DNA of 20,709 nucleotides from Candidatus Asbonarchaeum danakilense (GTDB lineage: Archaea > Nanohalarchaeota > Nanosalinia > Nanosalinales > Nanoanaerosalinaceae). The position numbers and the translations under genes are program-made. A model generated the notes under the pieces. It had not been told where the DNA came from, did no database searches, and saw only the letters and a program-made list of their open reading frames with translations. How positions within the stretch are numbered: position 1 is the stretch's first letter; every line of letters begins with the position of its first letter. The DNA lies in NCBI GenBank assembly GCA_034190465.1, contig JAXINV010000026.1:12836-33544 (forward strand), in the 5' to 3' direction. Positions 1 through 7,751 of the stretch are shown here, piece after piece.

Positions 1-2
1 CG

Positions 3-818
3 GAAGGGTACATGGACAAGCTTGAGGACGCGGAATCCTTCCTGGACGACCCGCACGACGACTACGAGGACTGGCCGATAGAGCCGCGCGGCACGACTGA
101 GGCGTTCCTCGACGGCAGGGAGGTTGACGAGGCGACGCTGCGGGAGGCGACGTACCGCGACCTGGCGGACGTGCTGTACGGCCAGGTCCAGAACCGGGAG
201 GACGGGCAGGAGCTCCGCGACCGGATTGACAGGTTCGCGACGGCGCTGGACCGGCTTGACACGGAGTTCTACGCGGACCTGGCTGACCACGACTACGAGG
301 TCCGGACGGCCGACGGGCCGGAGGAGATGTTCGGGCTGGCACGCGAGTTCGGCACCTGTGTCGGGTTCGATGTGTCGTACGAGGCGTTCAGGGAGTACAG
401 CGATGAGGACTGGTTCGCTGAAGGCGTCGACGACCCGGAGGCGAGTTATCTTGTCGTCGAGCGTGACGGTGAACCGGTCGGCTTCAGCCGCAACCTGCTG
501 CTGGAGGACCGGGAGACGGGGGAGGCGTTCCTGGGGATCGATACGCTGGAGCTGCCCCGTGACGACTATGAGGCGTACCGGGACGCGGTGAAGCCGCTGG
601 CGCTGGCGTCGATCGAGGCGGGACGGGAGCTGGACGTTGATTTCGTGGGTGTGCCGGCGAACGAGGGCAGTTCGAAGGAGGTGGTCGACGGCTACGGCGG
701 TGCGACGCGCGAGGTGGCGTACCGGAAGCCTGGCGAGGAGCTGGGGATGGTGTCCCGGTTCCGCGGTGCGGGTGAACGGACGCTGCATGTGCTGTGGGAG
801 GATTTCGACGCGTTCTGA
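3..818 (+). CDS. Hypothetical acidic protein, possibly 5'-truncated; C-terminal half has GNAT-like strand pattern
   Basis: Frame is open from the window edge (GAA GGG TAC ATG; first ATG at 12). Host-like G/C-ending codons and D/E-rich composition. YLVVERDGEPVGFSR...FLGIDTLEL resembles GNAT beta-strands; function not recognised. Confidence 0.75.
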   Translation, partial: EGYMDKLEDAESFLDDPHDDYEDWPIEPRGTTEAFLDGREVDEATLREATYRDLADVLYGQVQNREDGQELRDRIDRFATALDRLDTEFYADLADHDYEVRTADGPEEMFGLAREFGTCVGFDVSYEAFREYSDEDWFAEGVDDPEASYLVVERDGEPVGFSRNLLLEDRETGEAFLGIDTLELPRDDYEAYRDAVKPLALASIEAGRELDVDFVGVPANEGSSKEVVDGYGGATREVAYRKPGEELGMVSRFRGAGERTLHVLWEDFDAF

Positions 819-839
819 GCTGGCGACGACCGCGGTACC

Positions 840-847
840 TTTATAAA
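840..847 (+). promoter_or_regulatory. TATA box of the rps19e operon
   Basis: TTTATAAA in a GC-rich intergenic region ~100 nt upstream of the rps19e ATG; GGTGA Shine-Dalgarno at 934-938. Confidence 0.75.
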
Positions 848-869
848 AGTGGGCGTGGAACCGGGTGGT

Positions 870-943
870 GAAGCGGCGTTTGTCGCTGACCAGACAGCCG
901 ATCTGACCGGCCAGTGCCGGGTATCGGCAGCAAGGTGAGAATC
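870..943 (+). promoter_or_regulatory. Candidate structured 5' leader of rps19e
   Basis: Nested stems GCCGAT(897-902)/ATCGGC(923-928) and CCGGC(907-911)/GCCGG(916-920) just upstream of the SD; 5' end estimated from the TATA position. Confidence 0.45.
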
Positions 944-1372
944 ATGGTAACTGTCTACGATGTTCGGGCAAATCCGTTGATCGAACGGACCGCTGACGAG
1001 CTGGAGGAGTCGGTCGAGGAGATCGATGCTCCGGACTGGAGCGCGTTCGTGAAAACAGGTGTGAACAAGGAGAAGCCACCGCAGCAGGATAACTGGTGGT
1101 ATCTCAGGTCTGCGGCGATCCTGCGGACGGTCTACATGGACGGTCCTGTCGGGGTCGAGAAGCTGCGGACGAAGTACGGTTCGGAGCGCCGACGCGGCCA
1201 CCAGACGGAGCACTTCCACAAGGCGTCCGGTAAGATCATCAGGACGGCACTCCAGCAGCTTGAGGAGGCCGGACTCGTTAAACTTGAGGAAGGTGAGGGC
1301 CGCAAGATCACGCCCGAAGGACAGAGCTTCCTGGACGACCTTTCGAAGGAAGTGCGCGAGGAGAACAACTGA
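944..1372 (+). CDS. rps19e: 30S ribosomal protein S19e
   Basis: MVTVYDV..PDWSAFVKTG..EKPP..NWWYLRSAAILR..GPVGV..SGKIIRTALQQLE..GRKITPEGQSFLD are eS19 hallmarks. ATG at 944 with GGTGA SD is preferred to GTG 914. Confidence 0.97.
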   Translation: MVTVYDVRANPLIERTADELEESVEEIDAPDWSAFVKTGVNKEKPPQQDNWWYLRSAAILRTVYMDGPVGVEKLRTKYGSERRRGHQTEHFHKASGKIIRTALQQLEEAGLVKLEEGEGRKITPEGQSFLDDLSKEVREENN

Positions 1373-1390
1373 CCTACGAGGTGTCGCTCG

Positions 1391-1729
1391 ATGAGCGATG
1401 ACCTGGATGAACTGAAGAAAAAGAAGATGGCGAAGATGCAGGGCAACGACGACACGAATCCGATCGACGCGCAGCAACGCGAGGAGGAGCAGATGCGGCA
1501 GAAGCTGAAGAAGATCGCATCGCAGATCCTGACGGATGAGGCCCGTTCACGGCTGGGTAACATCCGTGCAGCGGATGAAGACCTCGCGGCGAAGATCGAG
1601 CTGCAGCTGGTCCAGCTGTACAAGGCAGGCCAGATCCAGGACGAGATCACGGACGAGCAGCTGAAGCAGATTCTGCAAAAGATTCAAGAGGCTGAGGAGT
1701 CCAACAGTAGAGATATCAAGCACAGGTGA
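1391..1729 (+). CDS. PDCD5/TFAR19-family DNA-binding protein
   Basis: QILTDEARSRLGNIR..KIELQLVQL..GQI..ITDEQLKQIL motif; canonical position after rps19e in archaea. Confidence 0.93.
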   Translation: MSDDLDELKKKKMAKMQGNDDTNPIDAQQREEEQMRQKLKKIASQILTDEARSRLGNIRAADEDLAAKIELQLVQLYKAGQIQDEITDEQLKQILQKIQEAEESNSRDIKHR

Positions 1730-1735
1730 TCACAG

Positions 1736-1909
1736 ATGGGTTCACGCAAATCAAAGGGGAAGAAAAAGCGCCTGATCGCGTCACGCAAAGAGGCAAAGTC
1801 TGCTCCGCGCTGGGTGGACATCAAGAAGTACGGTATGAAGCGTTCGATGACACGTTCTGTCAAGCGACGTAAGAGCCGCCACTGGCGCCGCGATGACACA
1901 GGTGAGTGA
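1736..1909 (+). CDS. rpl39e: 50S ribosomal protein L39e (57 aa, not in ORF track)
   Basis: Manual translation MGSRKSKGKKKRLIASRKEAKSAPRWVDIKKYGMKRSMTRSVKRRKSRHWRRDDTGE*. KKKRL, P-x-WV and RHWRR motifs; AGGTGA SD at 1724-1729; syntenic position. Confidence 0.93.
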   Translation: MGSRKSKGKKKRLIASRKEAKSAPRWVDIKKYGMKRSMTRSVKRRKSRHWRRDDTGE

Positions 1910-1911
1910 TG

Positions 1912-2409
1912 ATGGATGATGTTGTACGACTCAACCTGGGGAAGGTCCGCGGTGCAAGCAGCCGTAGGAAGGCGAAGAAGGCCGTGAACGAGGTGAAGCG
2001 TCAGGTCTCGTCACGGACCGGTGTCGACGATGTCCGTGTAGCGAACAGCCTGAACGAACGGCTCTGGGAGCGTGGTGCGTCCAGTCCACCCCGACGCGTC
2101 GATGTACGTATCGTGGAGGAGCGCGACCATGTCAGGGCCGAGGACGCTGATGTCGACCGCGACGAGTCACCGACACAGGAGGCATCGACCGATACGCAGG
2201 AAGAAGACGAAGCGCAGGACGAGGAGGCGGATGACTTCTCCGCCATCGACGACGATGTCCGCGAAGTGCTCGAAGAGGGCACGATCGGCGACGGCAAGGA
2301 AGCTGTCAAGGAGCTGAACAAGGCCGACTTCGAGCTGCTGCTCAACTTTGAGGAGAAACATCAGAACCGGAAGGGCATGAAGAAGTTCCTCCGCAGCAAC
2401 ATGCGGTAG
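1912..2409 (+). CDS. rpl31e: 50S ribosomal protein L31e with acidic linker and extra C-terminal helical domain
   Basis: RRKAKKAVNEVK..VRVANSLNERLWERGASSPPRRVDVRI is the eL31 core; located between rpl39e and aIF6. Start is 1909 or 1912 (GGTGA at 1901-1905 favours 1912). Confidence 0.88.
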   Translation: MDDVVRLNLGKVRGASSRRKAKKAVNEVKRQVSSRTGVDDVRVANSLNERLWERGASSPPRRVDVRIVEERDHVRAEDADVDRDESPTQEASTDTQEEDEAQDEEADDFSAIDDDVREVLEEGTIGDGKEAVKELNKADFELLLNFEEKHQNRKGMKKFLRSNMR

Positions 2410-2443
2410 GGACGCCCGACGTTCTCTTTCTTTCTCATCTCCG

Positions 2444-3106
2444 ATGGACGCTGAACACCTTGTGCTGACGGATTACAGCGGCGACCCGAACCTCGGGTTC
2501 CACGGCGTCGCGACGGACGAGTACGCGGTCCTGGCTCCGGATTTCAAGCGGAAGGAGGTGCTGGGGCTGGATAACGTCCATGAGACGTACATCGCGAACA
2601 CTGATCTTGCCGGGCTGTTCTGTGCAGGGAACTCGTCGGGCCTGCTGGTGCCTGACACGATCTCGGAGTATGAGCGGTCGAACCTGGACGATGCAGGGAT
2701 CGAGAGCCTTGTCGTGGAGGCCAACCACACGGCGCTCGGCAACCTGGTGCTGGCCAACGATGCGGGCGCCTACCTCAGCCCGCACCTGCAGCAGCATGAG
2801 GAAGCGATCGCGGAGTTCCTGGACGTTGAGACCCGGGTCGGGACGGTGGCGGGACTGAGTATCGTAGGTTCCGCCGGTGTCGCGACCAACAGCGGTGTGC
2901 TGCTCCACAGAGAGGCGGACGAGGAGGAGCTGTCGGTCATTGAGGAGCTGCTCGATGTGGAGGGCGATATCGGCACCGTGAATTTCGGCTCGCCGTACGT
3001 GGGCAGCGGTATCGTGGCGAACGCGACGGCTGCCCTGGTCGGCAACGAGACGAAGGGGCCTGAGACGGGCAGGATCGAGAAGGCGCTCGGGTTCCTGCAG
3101 GAGTGA
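2444..3106 (+). CDS. eif6: Translation initiation factor 6 (aIF6)
   Basis: GDPNLG..GNSSGLLVP..TALGNLVLAND..VGSAGVATNSGVLLH..GTVNFGSPYVGSGIVAN..ETKGPE..IEKALGF. Confidence 0.96.
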   Translation: MDAEHLVLTDYSGDPNLGFHGVATDEYAVLAPDFKRKEVLGLDNVHETYIANTDLAGLFCAGNSSGLLVPDTISEYERSNLDDAGIESLVVEANHTALGNLVLANDAGAYLSPHLQQHEEAIAEFLDVETRVGTVAGLSIVGSAGVATNSGVLLHREADEEELSVIEELLDVEGDIGTVNFGSPYVGSGIVANATAALVGNETKGPETGRIEKALGFLQE

Positions 3107-3166
3107 CGACGGGTTTTTCTGACGGTCCGGACCTGATTTAAAGCTGAGGACGGAACGTCTGCCACG

Positions 3167-3808
3167 ATGATTGTCGTCGGGATCGGCGGTGGCTCGGGGA
3201 GCGGGAAGTCGTTCATGGCGTCCCGGATCAAGGGCCGGCTGCCGGAGAAGACGCTGTTGTTCTCGATGGACAGGTATTACAGGCCGTACGATGACCGTTC
3301 AGGGTTTGAACGGCAGCAGATCAACTTCGATCTACCTGGGACGCTGGACTGGGAGCTGATGCGGGAGCATCTCCGTGCGTTGCAGCGCGGTGAGTCGATC
3401 GAGATGCCGGAGTACTCGTTCGATGAGAACACGCGTGTCGGCTATGTTGAACGGGAGCCGCGGGATATCGTGATCGTCGAGGGGATATATGCGCTGTACG
3501 ATGAGGCGATGAACGATATTATGGATCTGAAGGTTTTCCTGTCGCCGCCGGCGGATGTCCGTGCGGTTAGGCGTGTGAAGCGGGACGTGGTTGAGCGCGA
3601 CCGGAACATCGAGTTTGCAGCGCGGCAGTACCTGGAGCAGACCCGTGAGATGCACGAGGAACATGTCGCCCCGACACGGGAGAACGCTGATTTCGTGCTC
3701 GGTGACGACGATGCTGACAGGTTCGTGGAGCTGGTGACTGATCTGTTCCGTGAACAGGAGGCGCAGGAGTCACGCGACGTCCGGGAGTACTTCGCTGACA
3801 ATCTTTAG
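3167..3808 (+). CDS. udk: Uridine kinase
   Basis: VGIGGGSGSGKS P-loop, MDRYY, INFDLP, IVEGIYAL, RRVKRDVVER. Own TATA (TTTAAA ~3138-3143) about 24 nt upstream. Confidence 0.88.
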   Translation: MIVVGIGGGSGSGKSFMASRIKGRLPEKTLLFSMDRYYRPYDDRSGFERQQINFDLPGTLDWELMREHLRALQRGESIEMPEYSFDENTRVGYVEREPRDIVIVEGIYALYDEAMNDIMDLKVFLSPPADVRAVRRVKRDVVERDRNIEFAARQYLEQTREMHEEHVAPTRENADFVLGDDDADRFVELVTDLFREQEAQESRDVREYFADNL

Positions 3809-4497
3809 CGTACTTCTTCAGCCGTCTGCCATTCCGGGTCGGGGTCGCCCAGATCGGCGGTTACGTGGTCGACCATGTCGTCCAGGATAGCTCCCTGTTT
3901 GTCTGGCGGGGCGTCGAGGAACCGTGTCGCGAGGTCGTGCATCGTCTCGTCGAAGTCCTGGAGATGTTCCACCCGGTAGTTTTCCTTGACAGGGGTCTCG
4001 TCCTGGAGGAGGTAGTGCTTCTCCAGCAGGTAGTCGAACAGTTTGTACCGGAGATAGGCTGCCTGGCTGCCGTCGGCCTGTTCGATGTCCTGCTGCAGGT
4101 CCCAGATGAAGTACTGGATGGACTGGCGCTCCTCCTCGTCCAGGTTGAGATGGTCGTCGCGCTTCATCCTGGCCGCCTCCGCGAGCTCGTCGAACAGTCC
4201 CTCGGGGTCGTACCGGATGTCGGCGTTGGTGTACCAGTGGTAGTTTTTGTACCAGCCCTCGCCGTCGAGATAGTCTCTGCTCCACCCCATTGAGTTGTAG
4301 AACCGTTCGACGACGGTGCCGTCGACGACCTCGGTCTCGCGCTGCCGCCAGTCGCCGTCGACGATGATGTAGAGGTCGATGTCGTTGTGCTCGCTGTCCG
4401 GGTCGCGCGCATAGCTGCCGACGATTGCGACCGCCCTGACGTCGTCACGATGCCTGAGCTGTTTGACCTCGTGTTCGATGATTTCGCGTTCATCCAA
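3805..4497 (-). CDS. Pol-beta-superfamily (KNTase-like) nucleotidyltransferase with C-terminal helical domain
   Basis: IVGSYAR..NDIDLYII (GS + DxD) and a third acidic residue in VVERF. TTG start overlaps the HIT stop; convergent stop overlap with udk. Confidence 0.82.
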   Translation of the reverse strand: MDEREIIEHEVKQLRHRDDVRAVAIVGSYARDPDSEHNDIDLYIIVDGDWRQRETEVVDGTVVERFYNSMGWSRDYLDGEGWYKNYHWYTNADIRYDPEGLFDELAEAARMKRDDHLNLDEEERQSIQYFIWDLQQDIEQADGSQAAYLRYKLFDYLLEKHYLLQDETPVKENYRVEHLQDFDETMHDLATRFLDAPPDKQGAILDDMVDHVTADLGDPDPEWQTAEEVR

Positions 4498-4891
4498 GCT
4501 TGTCCACCAGGGTTGTGGCCTCGTCTTCGTCGAGTTCGCTGGGTTCGAAGTCGAAGCTGATGTCGTCGTCCTCGTACCGCGGGATTAGGTGGACGTGGAC
4601 GTGCGGCACTTCCTGGCCCGCGGTCTCGCCGTTGGACTGCAGGATGTTGATGCCGCCGGGGTTGAGCGCGGTGTTGATGCCGTTGGCCATCTTTTGCACT
4701 GTCTCAAACAGGGCGCGCGTGGTTGTGCTGTCCAGATCGGACAGATGCCCGGCATGTGTCTTCGGGATGACGAGCATGTGGCCGCGCGAGACGGGGTTGA
4801 CGTCGAGAAACGCCATGGTTTCGTCGTCCTCGTAGACGGTGTAGGAATCCAGGTCGTGCGAAGCGATCTTGCAGAACGGGCAGTCTGACAT
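4490..4891 (-). CDS. hit: HIT (histidine triad) family hydrolase
   Basis: MSDCPFCKI..AFLDVNPVSRGHMLVIPKTH..AGQEVPHVHVHLIPRY. True start is ATG 4891 rather than 5053. Confidence 0.95.
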   Translation of the reverse strand: MSDCPFCKIASHDLDSYTVYEDDETMAFLDVNPVSRGHMLVIPKTHAGHLSDLDSTTTRALFETVQKMANGINTALNPGGINILQSNGETAGQEVPHVHVHLIPRYEDDDISFDFEPSELDEDEATTLVDKLG

Positions 4892-5031
4892 TGTGGTCAC
4901 ACGATGTTTCTGTGCTCCCGGGGTAAAGAGCTTTACGGCAGCGACAGTGCGATCTTCCTGGTCCATCATCTGCTGGAACTCGCGGCACTGTCGCCGTCCA
5001 CGTTTAAAGTCCGGCTGTCCCAGCGTAGGAT

Positions 5032-6126
5032 ATGTCGAAGTCCGGGGCCGCATCGCTCCCGCTTCACGGCGGAAAGGCGCCCTCCTGGCTGTTTGAACGG
5101 ATGGAGGAGCTTGCCGGGGAGATAGCTGCTGTCCTGATCCGCGAGTATGGGCGGGAGGAGCTGCTGGACCGTCTCGCTGATCCGTACTGGTTCCAGGCGT
5201 TCGGCTGCGTGCTCGGGTTCGACTGGCATTCCTCAGGGCTCACGACCACGACGATGGGAGCGCTGCAGGAGGCGCTGGACTTCCAGGAGCACGGGATCAC
5301 GGTGCTGGGCGGGAAGGGTGCCAGGTCACGGCAGACGCCGGAGCAGCTGGAGGAACTGGATCTGCCGCTCTCCACGGTCGAGCAGCTGCAGGAACAGTCC
5401 CGGATGTCGGCGCAGGTGGACAACAACTGTCTGCAGGACCGGTACACGCTGTACCACCACACGTTCGTCGTGGAGGAATCCGGCCGCTGGTGTGTGGTCC
5501 AGCAGGGGATGGACGAGGAACGGGAGGAGGCGCGACGATACCACTGGCTGGACGATTCCGTCGAGTCCTACCTCGCGGATCCGCAGGAAGCGGTCTGCTG
5601 TGACACGGAACGCGATCCTTTGAATCTTGCCGCGACTGACAGTGAGGAGGTGAGACAGGTCTCCATGGACCTGGTGAACGACGATCCCTCGCATCTCCGT
5701 CGGTACGCCCGTTCCGACGGCCAGCAGAGCTTGGCGGCGTTCACGAGGGATGCCCCGCACCTGGAGATGCCGGACCATCACTGGATCCAGCGGTCGGACA
5801 TTACGGAGCGGGCGATCACGCAGCTGGAGAAGGCGTACGAGATCCGGCCGTCGAGCTACGAGGAGCTGGTGGCGCTGGACGGGATAGGCAAACAGTCGCT
5901 GCGCGCTCTGGCCCTGATCGCCGAGCTGGTGCACGGCGACCGTGCGTCCTGGCAGGACCCGGTCAAGTACTCGTACGCCCACGGTGGCAAGGACGGGACG
6001 CCGTACCCGGTTGACAGGGAGGCGTACGATGAAAGCATCCAGCACATGCGTCAGGTCCTGGCCGCGACGGAGATAGATGGCGATGAACGCGATCAGGCCT
6101 TCCAACGACTGGAAGCGTTCCTCTGA
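5032..6126 (+). CDS. DUF763 family protein (contains HhH-like motif)
   Basis: LPLHGGKAPSWLF..DPYWFQAFGCVLGFDWHSSGLTTT..LYHH..VVQQGM..ARRYHW..DGIGKQSLRALAL..DPVKYSYAHGGKDGTPYPVD. TATA TTTAAA at 5003-5008. Confidence 0.92.
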   Translation: MSKSGAASLPLHGGKAPSWLFERMEELAGEIAAVLIREYGREELLDRLADPYWFQAFGCVLGFDWHSSGLTTTTMGALQEALDFQEHGITVLGGKGARSRQTPEQLEELDLPLSTVEQLQEQSRMSAQVDNNCLQDRYTLYHHTFVVEESGRWCVVQQGMDEEREEARRYHWLDDSVESYLADPQEAVCCDTERDPLNLAATDSEEVRQVSMDLVNDDPSHLRRYARSDGQQSLAAFTRDAPHLEMPDHHWIQRSDITERAITQLEKAYEIRPSSYEELVALDGIGKQSLRALALIAELVHGDRASWQDPVKYSYAHGGKDGTPYPVDREAYDESIQHMRQVLAATEIDGDERDQAFQRLEAFL

Positions 6127-6132
6127 ACCCTT

Positions 6133-6699
6133 TCACTGTGAAACATGAGGATTTCCTTCCTCGTAGAACCGGAGCTGCATGTCCTCGCCGCCGCTCACCC
6201 CGATCCGGCCGGATGTGGCGATCGTTGCAGGGGTCTCGCCCGGCTCGATCCGCAGGTGTCCCTCTGTCACGGCGATGTCGTTGTGGCGCTTGTCGATGCC
6301 GAGGGCTTCGCACAGTTTGCCCGGGCCGTCACACAGCGCGGCGGTGTCGTCGACACCACGTTCCTCCTGCATCCTGTCGATCCCGTCGAGCGGCTCCAGT
6401 GCCCGGACCAGGACGGCGCCCGGCGTGCCTTCGTCCTCGGTGGTGATGTTGAACATGTGGTGGATGCCGTAGCAGATGTAGACGTAGCTCCGGCCCGGCG
6501 GCCCGAACATGACCTCATTCCGTCCACTTGGGCCGTCCGAGGCATGGCTGGCAGGATCGTCTGTCCCGAGGTAAGCTTCGGTCTCGACGATGCGGCCGGC
6601 GCGTCGCTGCCCGTCATCGTGCACCAGCACGCAGCCGAGCAGCTCCTCCGCGACCGTTGCTGTGACCCTGTGGAAGAAGTCGGTGTCCAGCGCTGCCAT
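6133..6699 (-). CDS. mpg: 3-methyladenine DNA glycosylase (AAG/MPG family)
   Basis: GRIVETEAYLG..DPASHA..MFGPPG..YVYICYGIHHMFNI..GAVLVRALEP..GPGKLCEALGI..RIGVS. Confidence 0.96.
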   Translation of the reverse strand: MAALDTDFFHRVTATVAEELLGCVLVHDDGQRRAGRIVETEAYLGTDDPASHASDGPSGRNEVMFGPPGRSYVYICYGIHHMFNITTEDEGTPGAVLVRALEPLDGIDRMQEERGVDDTAALCDGPGKLCEALGIDKRHNDIAVTEGHLRIEPGETPATIATSGRIGVSGGEDMQLRFYEEGNPHVSQ

Positions 6700-6722
6700 G
6701 CTGCAAACAGCCGCTCCGAGGT

Positions 6723-7322
6723 TTAAAACTGTTCCTTCGCCTGTTCGAGGATCTCGATCTGCTGTTCGACCCGTTCATGCAGCTCGACGTAGGCTTCGTC
6801 GCCGTCTGCCCTGAGCTGTTCGGGTGAGTCGAACGCGTCCTTGTCGCGCATGTACTGTTCGTGGCTGTTGATGGTGGCCAGTGCTTCGACATACTTCTTG
6901 TTGAATTCTGCAAGATCTTCGTAGTCGCTGGCGACGATTGCTGCCTTTGCTTCATCGTCGAAGTCGTCGTACGTCCCGTCGACCGCGAGCTCGGCGGCTT
7001 CGTCGATGTCGTCGGCGGTGTAGGTGTTGTGGAGCAGGGATTCAACGGAGTCGAGCTGGAATTCGGCCTCGCCGTTGTCGATCTCGATGTCGAGCGCTGT
7101 GATGACCTTGTCGATCCGTTCCTTTGCCTGGTCTGCTTGCTCCCAGTAGTCAGCGACGTCCTGGGCGGCTTCCTGGAGCCGTTCCTGGTCGTCACCGGTT
7201 TCCTGGTACTGTTCGACGAGTTCGTCGTACCATTCGACCTGGTGTTCCAGGCCGACGACTGCGCTGAGTGCGTCTGCGACGATGTCGCCCGATTTTCTGG
7301 TGTCGTCCTCGTCCGGTGACAT
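6723..7322 (-). CDS. Hypothetical highly acidic alpha-helical/coiled-coil protein
   Basis: 199 aa with host-like codon use; TATA (TTTATAA on minus, 7346-7352) ~24 nt upstream of the ATG. Confidence 0.8.
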   Translation of the reverse strand: MSPDEDDTRKSGDIVADALSAVVGLEHQVEWYDELVEQYQETGDDQERLQEAAQDVADYWEQADQAKERIDKVITALDIEIDNGEAEFQLDSVESLLHNTYTADDIDEAAELAVDGTYDDFDDEAKAAIVASDYEDLAEFNKKYVEALATINSHEQYMRDKDAFDSPEQLRADGDEAYVELHERVEQQIEILEQAKEQF

Positions 7323-7391
7323 ATCTGTGGATAGGCGCTGCTGGCTTATAAATGATCGTCTGGGGTGGACGGCGCGTTAACGTGTGACAGG

Positions 7392-7703
7392 TTAAGCTTT
7401 CTCCTCGAGCCAGTCCCTGAACTCGTCCTCGGTCATGGCGCCCATGGCGGTGTCCTGGACGTCGCCGTCCTCGATGTAGAGGAAGGTCGGGATGCTCCTG
7501 ACCTGGAACTGGCCGGCGACCTCCTGTTCCTCGTCGACGTTGACGGAGCCGAAGTTGATGTCGTCGAAGTCGTCGGAGAGGTCCTCGAAGATCGGTTTCA
7601 TCTTCTTGCAGGGGCCACACCAGTCAGCCCAGAAGTCGATGACCCATGCGCCGTTTGCTGTCTCGTCGTCGAAGTCGTCACCTGTCAGTTCCTGTACTGC
7701 CAT
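7392..7703 (-). CDS. trxA: Thioredoxin
   Basis: IDFWADWCGPCKKM..VNVDEEQEVAGQFQVRSIPTFL; start ATG 7703. Confidence 0.96.
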   Translation of the reverse strand: MAVQELTGDDFDDETANGAWVIDFWADWCGPCKKMKPIFEDLSDDFDDINFGSVNVDEEQEVAGQFQVRSIPTFLYIEDGDVQDTAMGAMTEDEFRDWLEEKA

Positions 7704-7751
7704 AGAAGGCACCTGGAAGGAGTAGGCGGCCGCAGTTTCAAAAACCTATCG

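Noticed and set aside
850..930. Possible tRNA upstream of rps19e or in 15440-15560
   Set aside because: No cloverleaf with an acceptor stem and correctly placed T-arm; better explained as mRNA leaders.
4164..4493. ATGA-coupled ORF suggesting a frameshift at the HIT/NTase junction
   Set aside because: The product is S/T/R-rich off-frame sequence; the TTG frame gives a complete NTase without a shift.
4923..4936. Palindrome GTAAAG-AG-CTTTAC upstream of HIT
   Set aside because: Only 6-bp arms, and explicable as the BRE/TATA-like element itself.
4892..5053. N-terminal extension of the HIT ORF (likewise GTG starts at 914, 7712, 8542, 16105)
   Set aside because: The extensions run through promoter or UTR sequence; family N-termini and SD/TATA spacing point to the downstream ATGs.
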